A stretch of 64,000 nt of DNA from Clostridia bacterium (GTDB taxonomy: Bacteria; Bacillota; Clostridia; Oscillospirales; QAKW01), in assembly GCA_017464525.1 (NCBI GenBank), contig JAFTZM010000041.1, positions 12,435-76,434 on the forward strand, written 5' to 3'. Below the pieces are notes generated by a model that searched no databases, was not told the DNA's origin, and saw nothing but the letters and a program-made list of their open reading frames with translations. Shown here in pieces: positions 44,422 to 55,000 of the stretch. Made by a program: the position numbers and the translations under genes. The stretch's first letter is position 1, and each line of letters begins with the position of its first letter.

Positions 44422-47400
44422 TTAAATCTTTTTCAGGAAGAAGGTGAGCACCCGGCGATCCGCCGCTGCCCGGTAGGTATAGCGGTTATCGGTACGCACG
44501 CCGGTCTCAAGGGCTGCAAACCGCAAGGCTTCGCCCAGCTTGCCTTCCTCGATCAGCAGTCTTTCTGCCTCGGCAAAGGCCGCATCGGAGCCGAATTTCA
44601 GGGAGATATTCAGCTGACCCCGAGCCAGGCTTTCGCAGATGATACTGCGGATCCGGCCGAGATCACAGTGTTCCAGGAACAGCCCGTGGCGGCGGTGGTA
44701 ATTGCACTTGACCGCCGTACATTCCGGCAGGGTATAGGGAACATCGGGGGTATGAGCATCTATCCGCAGCACCTCTTCGGTAGTGATACAGAAGAGGCTG
44801 TAGTCCACCGCATCGGAGAGGTTCTTTTCCGATTTGGTATCAGAACCGTCCCCCCAGGTAACATCCAGATGATAATAATCTCCCTCCAGCTTCACCAGGT
44901 TCCAGGCATGGGTGGTGCTGGTCACATAGGTACATTCGATGCCCAGCGCATTGAGCAAAAACTGCAGCGCTTTGGCATAGCCGGCGCAGACCGCCTTTTT
45001 ATTCACGAACACGCCGTAGATAGAGCGGAGGTCGTCTGTTACATTTCTGCGGGCCTCCTTGGGGATCTTCCGCTGGCGCTCCAGGCCGAGAGTATCGTAG
45101 TCCACCAAGGTGATGATGTTTTCGAATACCCGCTGCACCACCTCAAAATCGCTCATGGTATCGGTCACGGAATTCAGGAAGGGGCGCACCGCCTCCTCCA
45201 GCTTCTGCTGCCGCTGCTCCACCTCTTCGGGGGGCATACAGTACTCCAGCCGGATCTCCTTCAGCTCCTCGGTCTGGGGATCATAGGAGAAATCCGCATT
45301 ATACTTATACCAATAGATCTCCGGGTGGTCGGTCTCGATGCAATCCAGGATCTTCCGCAGCTGCCCCTGCTTCACCGGCAGGTTGAAGGGAATGACCTTC
45401 TGCTGATTTTCGATGGCATCCAGCAGCAGATCGTAGGCCTCCTGCTCCGGTCCGGCCAGCTGACCATGGGCAAAGGCGGGCAGAGTTTCCGTATTCCGCT
45501 GGATGGGACCCCGGATGGCCTCTTCGGCGGTGGGGATCACCGGTTCTTTCTTGGGGCGCCCGCCGCCGGTGGGCGGGGGAACCTCATCATCGGCGCCGGG
45601 AAGGCCCACGCCGCTATCAAAGGGGGTGATCACCGTCATTGCTCCGCAATATTCAGGGGCCAAGGGGGTCTCGGGATCCATAAAGGGGGTCATCCGGGTA
45701 ATGACCGTGCCGGTGGAGAAGGGATAATTGGCCCGGTAACGCAGGAAGCCGCGGCCGTATTCATCCTCCCGGCAGGCGGTGATGATCTCGGTGCGCTTAG
45801 CCAGGGCGGGCTCATTGATGAGGTAGGCATACTGCACCTCTACCCACTTGGCCATTCCTTCATAGACCTCCAGTTCCAGATCTCCGTATTTCCGGCGGAT
45901 CTTCCGGGCATTCCAATGGGTATACTGCCAGATATGGGTCAGCTCATGAGCCATAGTAAGGATGGATGCCATCCGGGGAGAGCCGTTCTCTACCAGCAAG
46001 GTAAAGTTATTATGCTTATCCCGGATCGCCACACCCAGCACCCGGCCATCCTGCCGGGGGGTGGGGGTAAAGTTATCCCCCAACCGTTTATGAAGGGTTC
46101 TGGCATTGACCATCTCCACCTTCACGCCCACATTCAGGCGGATGCCGAAGAAGGACTCCATATTGCGCTTCACATCGGCAAAGATCTTTTTAAATTCCTC
46201 ACCGGATCGGATGGCGGTCTTACCGCAATGGATACAGCGGTCCCGCCCATCGGCCAGGGTCTCATATTCCACGCCGAAGATCTCGGTGCCGCAGAAATCA
46301 CAATAGCGAGCATCCGGCTTTCCGGGACGGAAGGTGGCCTCGATGAGGGCGGCGATATTCTTGCCCTCTCTGGCTTTCCCTAAGGGATTCACTCCAAGGC
46401 CCAGCTGAGCCAGATATTCCCGGGTAGCCCGGGGATCAATACTGCCCGGCTCATTCACATCGCCGAAGAGCAGATAATACCGCTCATGGTAGGGCTTGCG
46501 GGGTGGGATCACACCAAAAAGCTCCTGCTGCCCATCGGGTGCGGCCTTGGTCTCGCTTTCGCCGGGGGCATTGATCTCGGGATCCACAGGATCTTCGGCC
46601 CCCTCCGGTACCTCGGGGATCTCAGGGGTCTCAGGCGTTTCGGGTGTCTCGGGCGTTTCGGGTGTTTCAGGGGTCTCCGGGATCTCGGGCGTTTCGGGTG
46701 TCTCCTCTTTGGGCTTCCGCTTGAACCAGTTCTTGATCCGCTCCATCAGAGGATTCTTCTTTTTCTTCTTAGGTGTCTCCCCGGCGGGTGTATCCTCAAA
46801 GGTCACCGGCGGCGGAGGCTCAGGAGGCGGATTGAGGCTATTGGCCAGAGTGGTGCCGTGCCAATCCAGATAATCAAACATGATCTCCAGGATCCGCTGC
46901 AGATTCCGCTCCACCGCAATGGTGAGACCCAGATCCAGCTGGCTGTCCTCAATAATATAGATGGATTGGGGCTGCAGGGTACAGCCCTCCCCTTCCAGAG
47001 AATAAGTAAGGGGCATTTCGGCCTGACCGGGCGTTACGGCCACGATAAAGGCCTGATTTTCCGCAAAGAGGGTCTTAAAGATCTCGTTGAAGAGCATGGC
47101 AACGGTCAGCCGCACCTGATCCCCCAGCCCCTCCGCAGGCAGATCGATCCGCAGGATCTCTTTATTCCGATAGAGGCGGACGGGGATGCCCTTGCCCTCG
47201 AAGGAGGTCTTTTTGGCGGTGGTGAAATCGTGGTAACGGTCCATCTGCAGGAAGCCGGGGGTCTCCACCCGGATATCCGCATATTCATGCACCAGCTTCA
47301 CCCCGGCCACATCCTTCACAGCCCCCACCGTATCGGAGGGCTGCAGACCCAGCAGGGTATATTGCCGCAGCTGGCGGTAGGAGGGGCGGCCGTTGATATG

Positions 47401-49893
47401 ATCGGCGGCACGGCGCACCAGCACCTGCCCATCAGCTGTCAGATACTGCATCTCATAATACTTGCCGCCGAAGGTGAAGAACTGGCCCGGCAGGTATCTC
47501 TGATAGACGTGCCCGCTCAGCTCGGCGCCCAGATAATGCTTCTGCCCCTTTTCGTCCTCGGTGACATAGCTGGCAGAGCGCAGCTCAGCCACAAACCCGG
47601 CAAAGAACTGCGGGTTATAGATGGCATAGGTAGTCTCCATCCGGCCCAGTTTCAGATTAAAGGACTCGGCGGTATACAACAGCTTGGCGGTAACGGTAAG
47701 GCCGGCCAGAGAGAGGCTCTTTTCGGCGGCCTCGGCCACCGCCTGCCTATAATCGGTGCTGAGGGCGGCGCTTTCGGCCACCGGCGCATAGCACCGATAG
47801 ATCTCATACCACAGCTGCTTGGGCAGATCGTAGACGGTGATCCCCAGCAGGGAAAGCTCCTTTTTCAGCACCTCTTCCCCCACCGGCCGGGTGCTCATCA
47901 TCAGCAGCAGCCGCAGTACGGTGTTCCGATGGGTACGGGCATAATCCGCCACGATATAGGGGATCGCCTTGGGGTCGGTCTCAAAGATCGAGGCGTTATC
48001 TGCCATATAATCCTTCAGCAGATAATCCTGAGAGATCACATTGATAAAGCCTTGCTCGGAGGTACGGGTGGAAAAATTCCGGAGGATCTCGAACATATTA
48101 AAGGCTTCATCCTCCACGGTGAAGAAGTTGTTCTTCTCCACCCCGGCGCTCCAGAAATTGGGGGAGGTCCGGAAGAATTCATCCATCGCCTCCTGATTGG
48201 TGGGCAGGCCGGCATAGCGGGTAAGCTCGTAATAATACTGCCGGTCGATCCACCGCATATCGGTGACCGGGAAGGCCTCGCCGCCGTACCATTCGGTCTT
48301 GGCGATCTGGTTTTTCAGGGCGGCAAAGGAAAGCTCGGTGCCAAAGCCCAGATAACGGGAGATATTGGGCATCAACCGATGGTGGAGATAATCCTTATCT
48401 GCCTCCCAGCACATATAGGACGAGGTGCCCTTATGCTTATTGGTGGCGCTGACCTCGGTGATGGGGGACATGAGGATATGAGACATGGCATCCACCAGAC
48501 CGTCGCAGTTCTTATCGCACATACAGTAGACGATCTCGGAGCGGCAGCGCTTGATCAGCAGGTTCAGCCCGATCTGGGCGGTGGTGATCAGTTTGGAGGG
48601 CTCGATGATGACTACAAACCCCACCTGCTCCAGAAATTCCGCATTGGCTTCATGGAGGCGGGTATTCAACACATCGGATCGGGTGATAATGCCGATATCG
48701 GGGGTTCCGCCCTCCTGATCCAGCACCTGCACCTCCCACATAAAGGGGATATTGGTCACCGTACCAATGCCCTCCCCGATCCAATCCTTGATATCCTCCT
48801 CGATGGCATGGCGGCCCAGCACCACCAGCACCTTGCGATGGCTGAGCAACGCCCGGTTCATGGGATAAAAGGCATAGGGGATCAGATCCTTATAGAAGGG
48901 GTTATTAAAAAGGATGCTTCTTCCCCGCAGCAGATCCAGAGCGGAATAAAGGTAATTATGATCAATGGCAAAGCCGGTCTGATTCAAGGCCTTGATATAG
49001 GTGGCAAAGCCGGTGATCTTGGGGTCCTCATCCTTTTCCAGCTCCTGCAGGATATCCTCGGTGGTAAGGCTATAGGAGAGGGCGCTGTTCAGCCCGGTGT
49101 TCTCCGCCAGCAGCTTATCCTTGAAAAGATTACGCAGGAACTTGCGCAGCAGGGAATAATTGACCATGCGGAAGGCTTCGTCGTCCTCCCCCATCACGGT
49201 ACCGTATTCCCCTTGGGTCATACCGTCCAGATAGAAGAACAGCTCCCCCAGGATCAGGATGCCGAAAACCGGATAGAACACCGCCTGCAGGATCCCGCTG
49301 CGGAACATCTCGCAGCTGACCAGCATCAGCACCGCAGAGATACAGACTGCTCCGTAATAGAAGGTCTTTAAGAAGCTCCGCACCTGCGCATAGCTATCCT
49401 TCAGGCACCAGAAGTTCCGCTCAAAGAAATACCGGTAAAAGACCGAAGCGATCTTGGTATGCACCTTTCCGTCCGGCTTCACCGCAGAACGGATCATGGC
49501 GATGCAGAATTTCTTTAGCATCAGATAAACAATGATAATGACCGTATTGGCAATAAAGAAGATCCAGAAATTCAGGTTCAGGGATCGGATGATATCCTGG
49601 ATCCCGTTGCTGAGCCATTGGAAGAATTCGGCCAGAAAATCCGGCATCCAGGAAATGGATGCAAGGCCGGCGATCCAGCCGGGGATCTTTTGGATCAGAT
49701 CGATCAGCCAATCATTGATGGGGTGCATCATCAGCATCACCAGCAGCACATACACCAGCGCAATGATGGGCATGGCAAACTGCCGGCTGCGGATATTCTT
49801 TTCAATATTGACCTTTTTGCTTGCAAAGCACAGAATGAAGAAGGGCAGGATGGCAACGATCATTTTCAGAACATTCAGAACCGTATTAATCAT
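44422..49893 (-). CDS. Giant polytopic membrane protein (1823 aa): about 5-6 N-terminal TM + about 900-aa unknown region + (T/I/V)PE repeat linker + zinc ribbon + HExxH metallopeptidase-like module + transglutaminase-like Cys-His-Asp module
   Basis: The TM region spans aa 1-235. The TPETPEIPETPETPETPETPETPETPEIPEVPE linker is at 46603-46707. CDFCG...CIHCG lies at about 46222-46310. MAHELTHIWQ places HELTH at 45934-45948. In AVCAGYAKALQFLLNALGIE...THAWNLV...YYHLDVTWGD, the Cys is at 44986-88, the His at 44908-10 and the Asp at 44863-65. Confidence 0.8.
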   Translation of the reverse strand: MINTVLNVLKMIVAILPFFILCFASKKVNIEKNIRSRQFAMPIIALVYVLLVMLMMHPINDWLIDLIQKIPGWIAGLASISWMPDFLAEFFQWLSNGIQDIIRSLNLNFWIFFIANTVIIIVYLMLKKFCIAMIRSAVKPDGKVHTKIASVFYRYFFERNFWCLKDSYAQVRSFLKTFYYGAVCISAVLMLVSCEMFRSGILQAVFYPVFGILILGELFFYLDGMTQGEYGTVMGEDDEAFRMVNYSLLRKFLRNLFKDKLLAENTGLNSALSYSLTTEDILQELEKDEDPKITGFATYIKALNQTGFAIDHNYLYSALDLLRGRSILFNNPFYKDLIPYAFYPMNRALLSHRKVLVVLGRHAIEEDIKDWIGEGIGTVTNIPFMWEVQVLDQEGGTPDIGIITRSDVLNTRLHEANAEFLEQVGFVVIIEPSKLITTAQIGLNLLIKRCRSEIVYCMCDKNCDGLVDAMSHILMSPITEVSATNKHKGTSSYMCWEADKDYLHHRLMPNISRYLGFGTELSFAALKNQIAKTEWYGGEAFPVTDMRWIDRQYYYELTRYAGLPTNQEAMDEFFRTSPNFWSAGVEKNNFFTVEDEAFNMFEILRNFSTRTSEQGFINVISQDYLLKDYMADNASIFETDPKAIPYIVADYARTHRNTVLRLLLMMSTRPVGEEVLKKELSLLGITVYDLPKQLWYEIYRCYAPVAESAALSTDYRQAVAEAAEKSLSLAGLTVTAKLLYTAESFNLKLGRMETTYAIYNPQFFAGFVAELRSASYVTEDEKGQKHYLGAELSGHVYQRYLPGQFFTFGGKYYEMQYLTADGQVLVRRAADHINGRPSYRQLRQYTLLGLQPSDTVGAVKDVAGVKLVHEYADIRVETPGFLQMDRYHDFTTAKKTSFEGKGIPVRLYRNKEILRIDLPAEGLGDQVRLTVAMLFNEIFKTLFAENQAFIVAVTPGQAEMPLTYSLEGEGCTLQPQSIYIIEDSQLDLGLTIAVERNLQRILEIMFDYLDWHGTTLANSLNPPPEPPPPVTFEDTPAGETPKKKKKNPLMERIKNWFKRKPKEETPETPEIPETPETPETPETPETPETPEIPEVPEGAEDPVDPEINAPGESETKAAPDGQQELFGVIPPRKPYHERYYLLFGDVNEPGSIDPRATREYLAQLGLGVNPLGKAREGKNIAALIEATFRPGKPDARYCDFCGTEIFGVEYETLADGRDRCIHCGKTAIRSGEEFKKIFADVKRNMESFFGIRLNVGVKVEMVNARTLHKRLGDNFTPTPRQDGRVLGVAIRDKHNNFTLLVENGSPRMASILTMAHELTHIWQYTHWNARKIRRKYGDLELEVYEGMAKWVEVQYAYLINEPALAKRTEIITACREDEYGRGFLRYRANYPFSTGTVITRMTPFMDPETPLAPEYCGAMTVITPFDSGVGLPGADDEVPPPTGGGRPKKEPVIPTAEEAIRGPIQRNTETLPAFAHGQLAGPEQEAYDLLLDAIENQQKVIPFNLPVKQGQLRKILDCIETDHPEIYWYKYNADFSYDPQTEELKEIRLEYCMPPEEVEQRQQKLEEAVRPFLNSVTDTMSDFEVVQRVFENIITLVDYDTLGLERQRKIPKEARRNVTDDLRSIYGVFVNKKAVCAGYAKALQFLLNALGIECTYVTSTTHAWNLVKLEGDYYHLDVTWGDGSDTKSEKNLSDAVDYSLFCITTEEVLRIDAHTPDVPYTLPECTAVKCNYHRRHGLFLEHCDLGRIRSIICESLARGQLNISLKFGSDAAFAEAERLLIEEGKLGEALRFAALETGVRTDNRYTYRAAADRRVLTFFLKKI
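46603..46707. repeat. Tandem 9-bp (3-codon) repeat encoding the (T/I/V)PE linker
   Basis: About 11 imperfect units of GGTGTCTCG/GGCGTTTCG/GGGGTCTCA on the plus strand. Confidence 0.8.
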
Positions 49894-52036
49894 ATAACTC
49901 CTCCCTTTCTATAGTAATGCGCTTCACATAGTCGATGGGCGCCGAAACCTCGTTGCCCTGAAAAACAAACTCCACAGAGCTGTTCAGATCCTCATAGGGG
50001 ATCTCATAGATATAATCCTCTGCCTTGGAGAAATCGAAGTTATAGGGCTGCACATCCCCATCGTCCTCCAAGGGATCCAGTGCCATATAAAGGCCGTTGA
50101 TCCCATCGATCTTCCCCTGAATATCATGGATATGCTTTTTCAGGATGTTGGCTTTGGAATCATAGGATCTTTGCAGAAAATTAAAGATGGAGAATTCCCG
50201 CATCACATTGCAGGCGTGGCTGAGATACCGGGAAAAGGCCTTGAGGCCGTTTTCGATATCGTCCATAATATCCAGCATGGTGGCGTTGAAGAAGCGGATC
50301 AGCTTTTTAAGCTTAGCCCGCATCACGATCAAAAAGATCAGCCCGATCAGCGCCAGGGAGTCGATGGCAATCCCGGTAACAGAAAGGGAGGCGGTAAAAT
50401 TTTCCACACTCTGAAGATTTCCCACCAGCAGCGGGATAAACCCGAAGAAGAAGGCGGCCAGCGCAATAAGCGCGGTGATGAGGGTCTTTTTCCGGGTCAT
50501 CCGCCGGAAAATGGTGGCTCGCACCTTTTTATCCGCTTTTTCCATACGGTCGGTATATTCCTTTGTCTTGAAGAGGCGGGTGGTGGTGGTCTCCACCATC
50601 TTCTGCTCTTCCTCCTGCAGGTGGTAATCGATATCCTCCAGCCGCTCCTCACTGAGCAGCAGGATCCGCTCGTCCTCGATCACCGACCGATCCTTGAAAT
50701 CATACCGCACGGCGTGCTTCAGGGCACGGCGGGGCTCCCGCAGGTAGCGGATGAATTTTTTGGTGATCTCTGCCATCTGCCGGTACCAGTAATCATATTC
50801 ATCCTGGGGACAATCCTTGGCCAGGCCGATATCGCCGGCGGCCATGAAATCCTTTCGATCCTGATCGGCCCGGGTAGTGACCGGGATCCGCACATCCGAT
50901 TCAAAAAGTTTGATCGCCTCTTCCTCGGAGACCTCTTCGATATCCATCCGCTTTTCCCGGCGGCGCAGATGGCCCTGCAGCAGCTTTTTGGTCATCTCCA
51001 GCTTCCGCAGATATTTGGTAAAGAAGCGCCGGGCCTTGGCATGATCCAGAACCGCTTCGCCGGAATAGACCCGGTGGGCGCGGAGGGCACCGTCCGGCAC
51101 CGGATGGCTGATCATCATGAACAAAAAGGTCATAAATGACATATAAGAGGCCGGGGTACGCAGCCGGTTCTCATACTCCACATCGCAAAGCACAAAGCGC
51201 AGAGGATCGGGGTAGAGATTATCGTCGCAGAAATTATCGTATTCCAGTTCTTCGTGGGGTGTACCGGCGGTGCGGAAGATATCCTCCGCCCGCTTGCCCA
51301 GCCGCTCCGCCAGCACCAGCACCTCGGCGGGCTTTTTCTGCAGCAGAGAACCGGAAAGGAACCATTCCTGCAGGGCGTTATACTTATAGCGGCAGACCCG
51401 AAGCTGCTCCAGCTCGGTGGGCAGCAGACCGCAGGCTGCCAGGCGATCGTAATACTGCCGATCCACGGCAGCCTCCTCCCCCAGCAGCTCTGCCGGCCAG
51501 CTTTCCGGCTGCTCCGGCTCCTCCGGAACAGGGGAGCCCAGCATCCAGATGGCCAGGCGGGTCAGGGGATTACGGGGTGCCTGCAGATAATTATTCTTCT
51601 TCAGCGCCCGGAATTGCTCAATTTTTTCAGCGCTTTGGGGGATCTTTTCTGCCAGCAGCCCTTCCAGCCGCTGCTCCTCCTCCGGCTGGGGGGTCTTACT
51701 TTTTTGGACCATCGCCAGCTCATCCATCAGGGCGAGGATCTCCTCCTCCCCGAAATCGTGAAGTACCTTTACGGAACCCACCGCATCAAAGGGGTTGCGC
51801 CGATCGATACATTCATAACCGAAGGTCTCCCCCTCCTGAATGATGACCGCCCGCCACTCCGGTTTGCCGGCGGTGAGGGCATCCAGCCCCGGCACCGCCT
51901 CCTCCAGCGTGGCAGCATCGAGATTCCAGGGGCAGATGGCCACCTCAGAATTCCGCATCAGCAGATCCAGAAGGTGGGAATGATTCTCCCGCATACTTCT
52001 GATCAGCGCATTTCCGCAAATTACTACTGTAAACAA
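49886..52036 (-). CDS. Hypothetical 716-aa protein with two C-proximal TM helices; no recognisable domain
   Basis: TTG start with GGAGGAGGTG 8 nt upstream. The TM pair is at aa about 527-585 (LITALIALAAFFFGFIPLLV / IAIDSLALIGLIFLIVM). It overlaps the downstream 1823-aa gene by 8 nt. Confidence 0.7.
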   Translation of the reverse strand: MFTVVICGNALIRSMRENHSHLLDLLMRNSEVAICPWNLDAATLEEAVPGLDALTAGKPEWRAVIIQEGETFGYECIDRRNPFDAVGSVKVLHDFGEEEILALMDELAMVQKSKTPQPEEEQRLEGLLAEKIPQSAEKIEQFRALKKNNYLQAPRNPLTRLAIWMLGSPVPEEPEQPESWPAELLGEEAAVDRQYYDRLAACGLLPTELEQLRVCRYKYNALQEWFLSGSLLQKKPAEVLVLAERLGKRAEDIFRTAGTPHEELEYDNFCDDNLYPDPLRFVLCDVEYENRLRTPASYMSFMTFLFMMISHPVPDGALRAHRVYSGEAVLDHAKARRFFTKYLRKLEMTKKLLQGHLRRREKRMDIEEVSEEEAIKLFESDVRIPVTTRADQDRKDFMAAGDIGLAKDCPQDEYDYWYRQMAEITKKFIRYLREPRRALKHAVRYDFKDRSVIEDERILLLSEERLEDIDYHLQEEEQKMVETTTTRLFKTKEYTDRMEKADKKVRATIFRRMTRKKTLITALIALAAFFFGFIPLLVGNLQSVENFTASLSVTGIAIDSLALIGLIFLIVMRAKLKKLIRFFNATMLDIMDDIENGLKAFSRYLSHACNVMREFSIFNFLQRSYDSKANILKKHIHDIQGKIDGINGLYMALDPLEDDGDVQPYNFDFSKAEDYIYEIPYEDLNSSVEFVFQGNEVSAPIDYVKRITIEREELYD

Positions 52037-52075
52037 CCTGTTTTCACCTCCTCCGCAGCGTGGCTGCGGACTCTA

Positions 52076-55000
52076 TTATACAAACAGCGCATCTCTCTTG
52101 GTCTGATCCACCAGGCCGAAATCCTCGCCGCCGGAAACATCCAGATCGTCGATCTTCTCCAGCACCTTCTTACGGATCACCTTCACAGCGGGGTTCTCCT
52201 TGATGCCGATCCGGTCGCTGCCGGTGTAAACGGCGGGGCAAAGATTATAGTTTTCATAGAGCATATTATAATGATCCCGGATGGTCTTGGCGATCAGAGG
52301 ATTGGCATCATCCGCATCCACAAAGGTGGAAATCTCCAGCTCGATGATCTCGAAAATAGCATCCACCATGATCTCCAGCTCAGCGGCATCCTTCTTGGGC
52401 AGGGAGTTCCAATAGAGCAGGGGGATCTCAAAGAGGGAGACCTGCTTATCCTGCAGCTTTTCGGCCGCCAGAGCCCGGCGATCCATGGAATCTACCAGCA
52501 TCATTCTGTCCATCTCAGGCAGGTAGCGGGCAAAGGTGGTCTCCTCATAGAGGGTACTGGCTTCAAATTCCTTCTTGCGCTTCTTATCTGCCACCCCGTG
52601 GATGGAATGGACAGCGTAACGGTCGAAATAGAGGGAATCCAGAACCTCAAAGAGGCGGTCGCACTTGGTGTGGTTGGAAACGATGAACTTCTTGGTGCCG
52701 TTTCTGCCGTCGATGTACTCATACACCAGCTTATTAGGATCGTGGACAGAGCTCATTCTCTTTTCAATGAGCTGGAAGATAAAGCCATAGAGCATCGCCT
52801 TATGGATCCGCTTCATCAGCACCCGCTGATAGCCCTGAGGATCCAGCTCGGGCAGCACGGTGATGGAGTTCCAACGCTTATCGATATGAGGCGTGATCAC
52901 CGGATTCAGCCGGTTATCGGGGCCGATCTTGGCCATATAATCCTGATAAGCGGTAAAGTAGATGCCCACCATACCGGCCTCGCCGGAATCCACACACTCA
53001 TTCAGCTTGCCGGGATCGGCCTGCGGAGAGCAGAGCTTCTGCAGCTGGATGGGGGTGATATTATAAACAGAGCGGAAGAACCGCAGTTCATATTTGGACA
53101 CTGTATCAGAGGCGTTATCGGCAACAAAGTATTCCTCCGGCATCTGCATTCCATCGCCCTCCTCCATGTAGATGTTATAGGCCATGGCGTTAACCGTACG
53201 GCTTTCCTCGAAATCCTTGCGGATGATGCTGGGGCTGGCAAAGGCACGGCCCATCTCGATCAGTTTAGCCATATGGGCGTTCTTCGCCTTAGGATCGGAG
53301 GCCAGCTTGCGGAGCTCCTCCTCCTTCTGAGGATCCTTTTCGGCCATGCAGAGGCACTTGATCCGGTGCTCCATGCCGCAGGCACGCACGATATCCACAT
53401 CAATATAATCGCCGCACCATTCCTCCACGATCTTCTTATACTGCTCGATGATCACCGTCTCGAACACATCGTCCAGCGTTTCATCGGCAAAGGAATCGTG
53501 GCGGAGCCGCTCTGCCTTCTTGGCGTTTTCCTTGATGGCGCCGTAGATGCCGGCGAAGAGATCGCTCTCCTGGCGGGTGCCTCCGGAGGGCATGGTCTGC
53601 TCTTCCACCAGCTTATTCAGATGCTCGGGGTTATTGAAGAGGTTATATTCACAGTTGCCGGGCTTGAAGGCGATCTTGGAAAGAACGGTCTTTTTCCGCT
53701 TCTCCAGACCCACTACCTTGGTCTCAAACTTATCATAGAAGCCTTCGAACTGAGCGATGAGGCGCTCCACAAAGGGCTTGGCCTCCTGGCACACATAATA
53801 GCGCACGAATTTTTCGTACCATTCCTCCACGGTCACCGCAAAGTTATCCAGCTTCTTATTGCAACGGAGCTTAGCATCCTCGGAGGCCAGAGAGGACTCG
53901 GCGCAGGAATTACACATGGATTCCAGCCCGGTCTCGGTGCCGTTGCCCAGCACCTGGAAGCCGGAGATATCCCGCTGATCGCCCTTCTTGCTATCCACCT
54001 TCATGGGGCCTCGCTTGATGGTGGCGATCTCCTGCTCGAAGATGGCATACTCCGGCTCATTCTTGGTTTCCACTGCCAGCTGATCCATCAGCTTATAAAG
54101 CAGATACCGCATGGCGTTGGGATGCAGCGCTTTGCCGTCCAGAGAAAGGAAGGCCTCCATCATGTAGGGCTCGTTGCCGGCGTTGATCTGCTCATTGCCG
54201 TTGAAGGCACGGTCCACAAAGGAGCGTACGGTCTTTTTGATCCGGGCGGGATCCACAAAATCCAGCGCCTTATTGATATTTCTGTATCTGACCTTGAACT
54301 TCTTGCCGGTAGCAGAGTTGCTCTTATAATTATCGAAGCCCTCACGGGTCTCCTCAGCCCCCTGCTCGCACAGCTCATAGGCACGGAGCACCATCTGCTG
54401 GATGTAGTGCTCTACGGCTGCAATGGAGGTGCTGCCGAAGGCCTGATCGTCGGCCGCAGCCAGCGCATTCTTATGCTTAGCATTCTTGGGATCGATATGA
54501 TCCTCCACCAGGCGGGTGGTGAACCGCTCGGAGCCGGTCTCCACATCGGCCATATAGACGGTGGCACGGTCGGGAGCCTTTTCGGTGGAATGGGGGTTAT
54601 CCAGGAAGGCCTTCTCCTTATTACGGAAGTCCTTATCATAGATCAGCCAGCTTTCGGTGACCATCTTCTCCCGGCCGGCCTCATCCACATCCTTGCTGGA
54701 ATAGCCGATCAATGCCTTTTCGATCCAATCGAAGGCGATGTAATCCCGGATCTGCTCGTAAGGATAGCGGAGCACCGAAGCGCCGGCGCCGCCGAAACGG
54801 TTACGGCTGAGTTTCTTATCATCCAGGAATTCACGGTGGATATTATCCTCCTTGCTGGAGGCCTTGGCGCTCATGGGGCCGATGCACTGCTCATAGATGC
54901 TATGGGCCACATAGGAGCGATACTGGCTCATCTGGGACATATTGCAGACATTTTCGTCGGTACGGTCGAAGAGGAAGCAGAAATCAAAGGGGGTGCAACG

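Noticed and set aside
46603-46707. Periodic DNA repeat considered as a CRISPR-like or satellite array.
   Set aside because: The period is 9 bp with no spacers, and it is in frame within a long CDS. It encodes a Pro/Glu/Thr linker.
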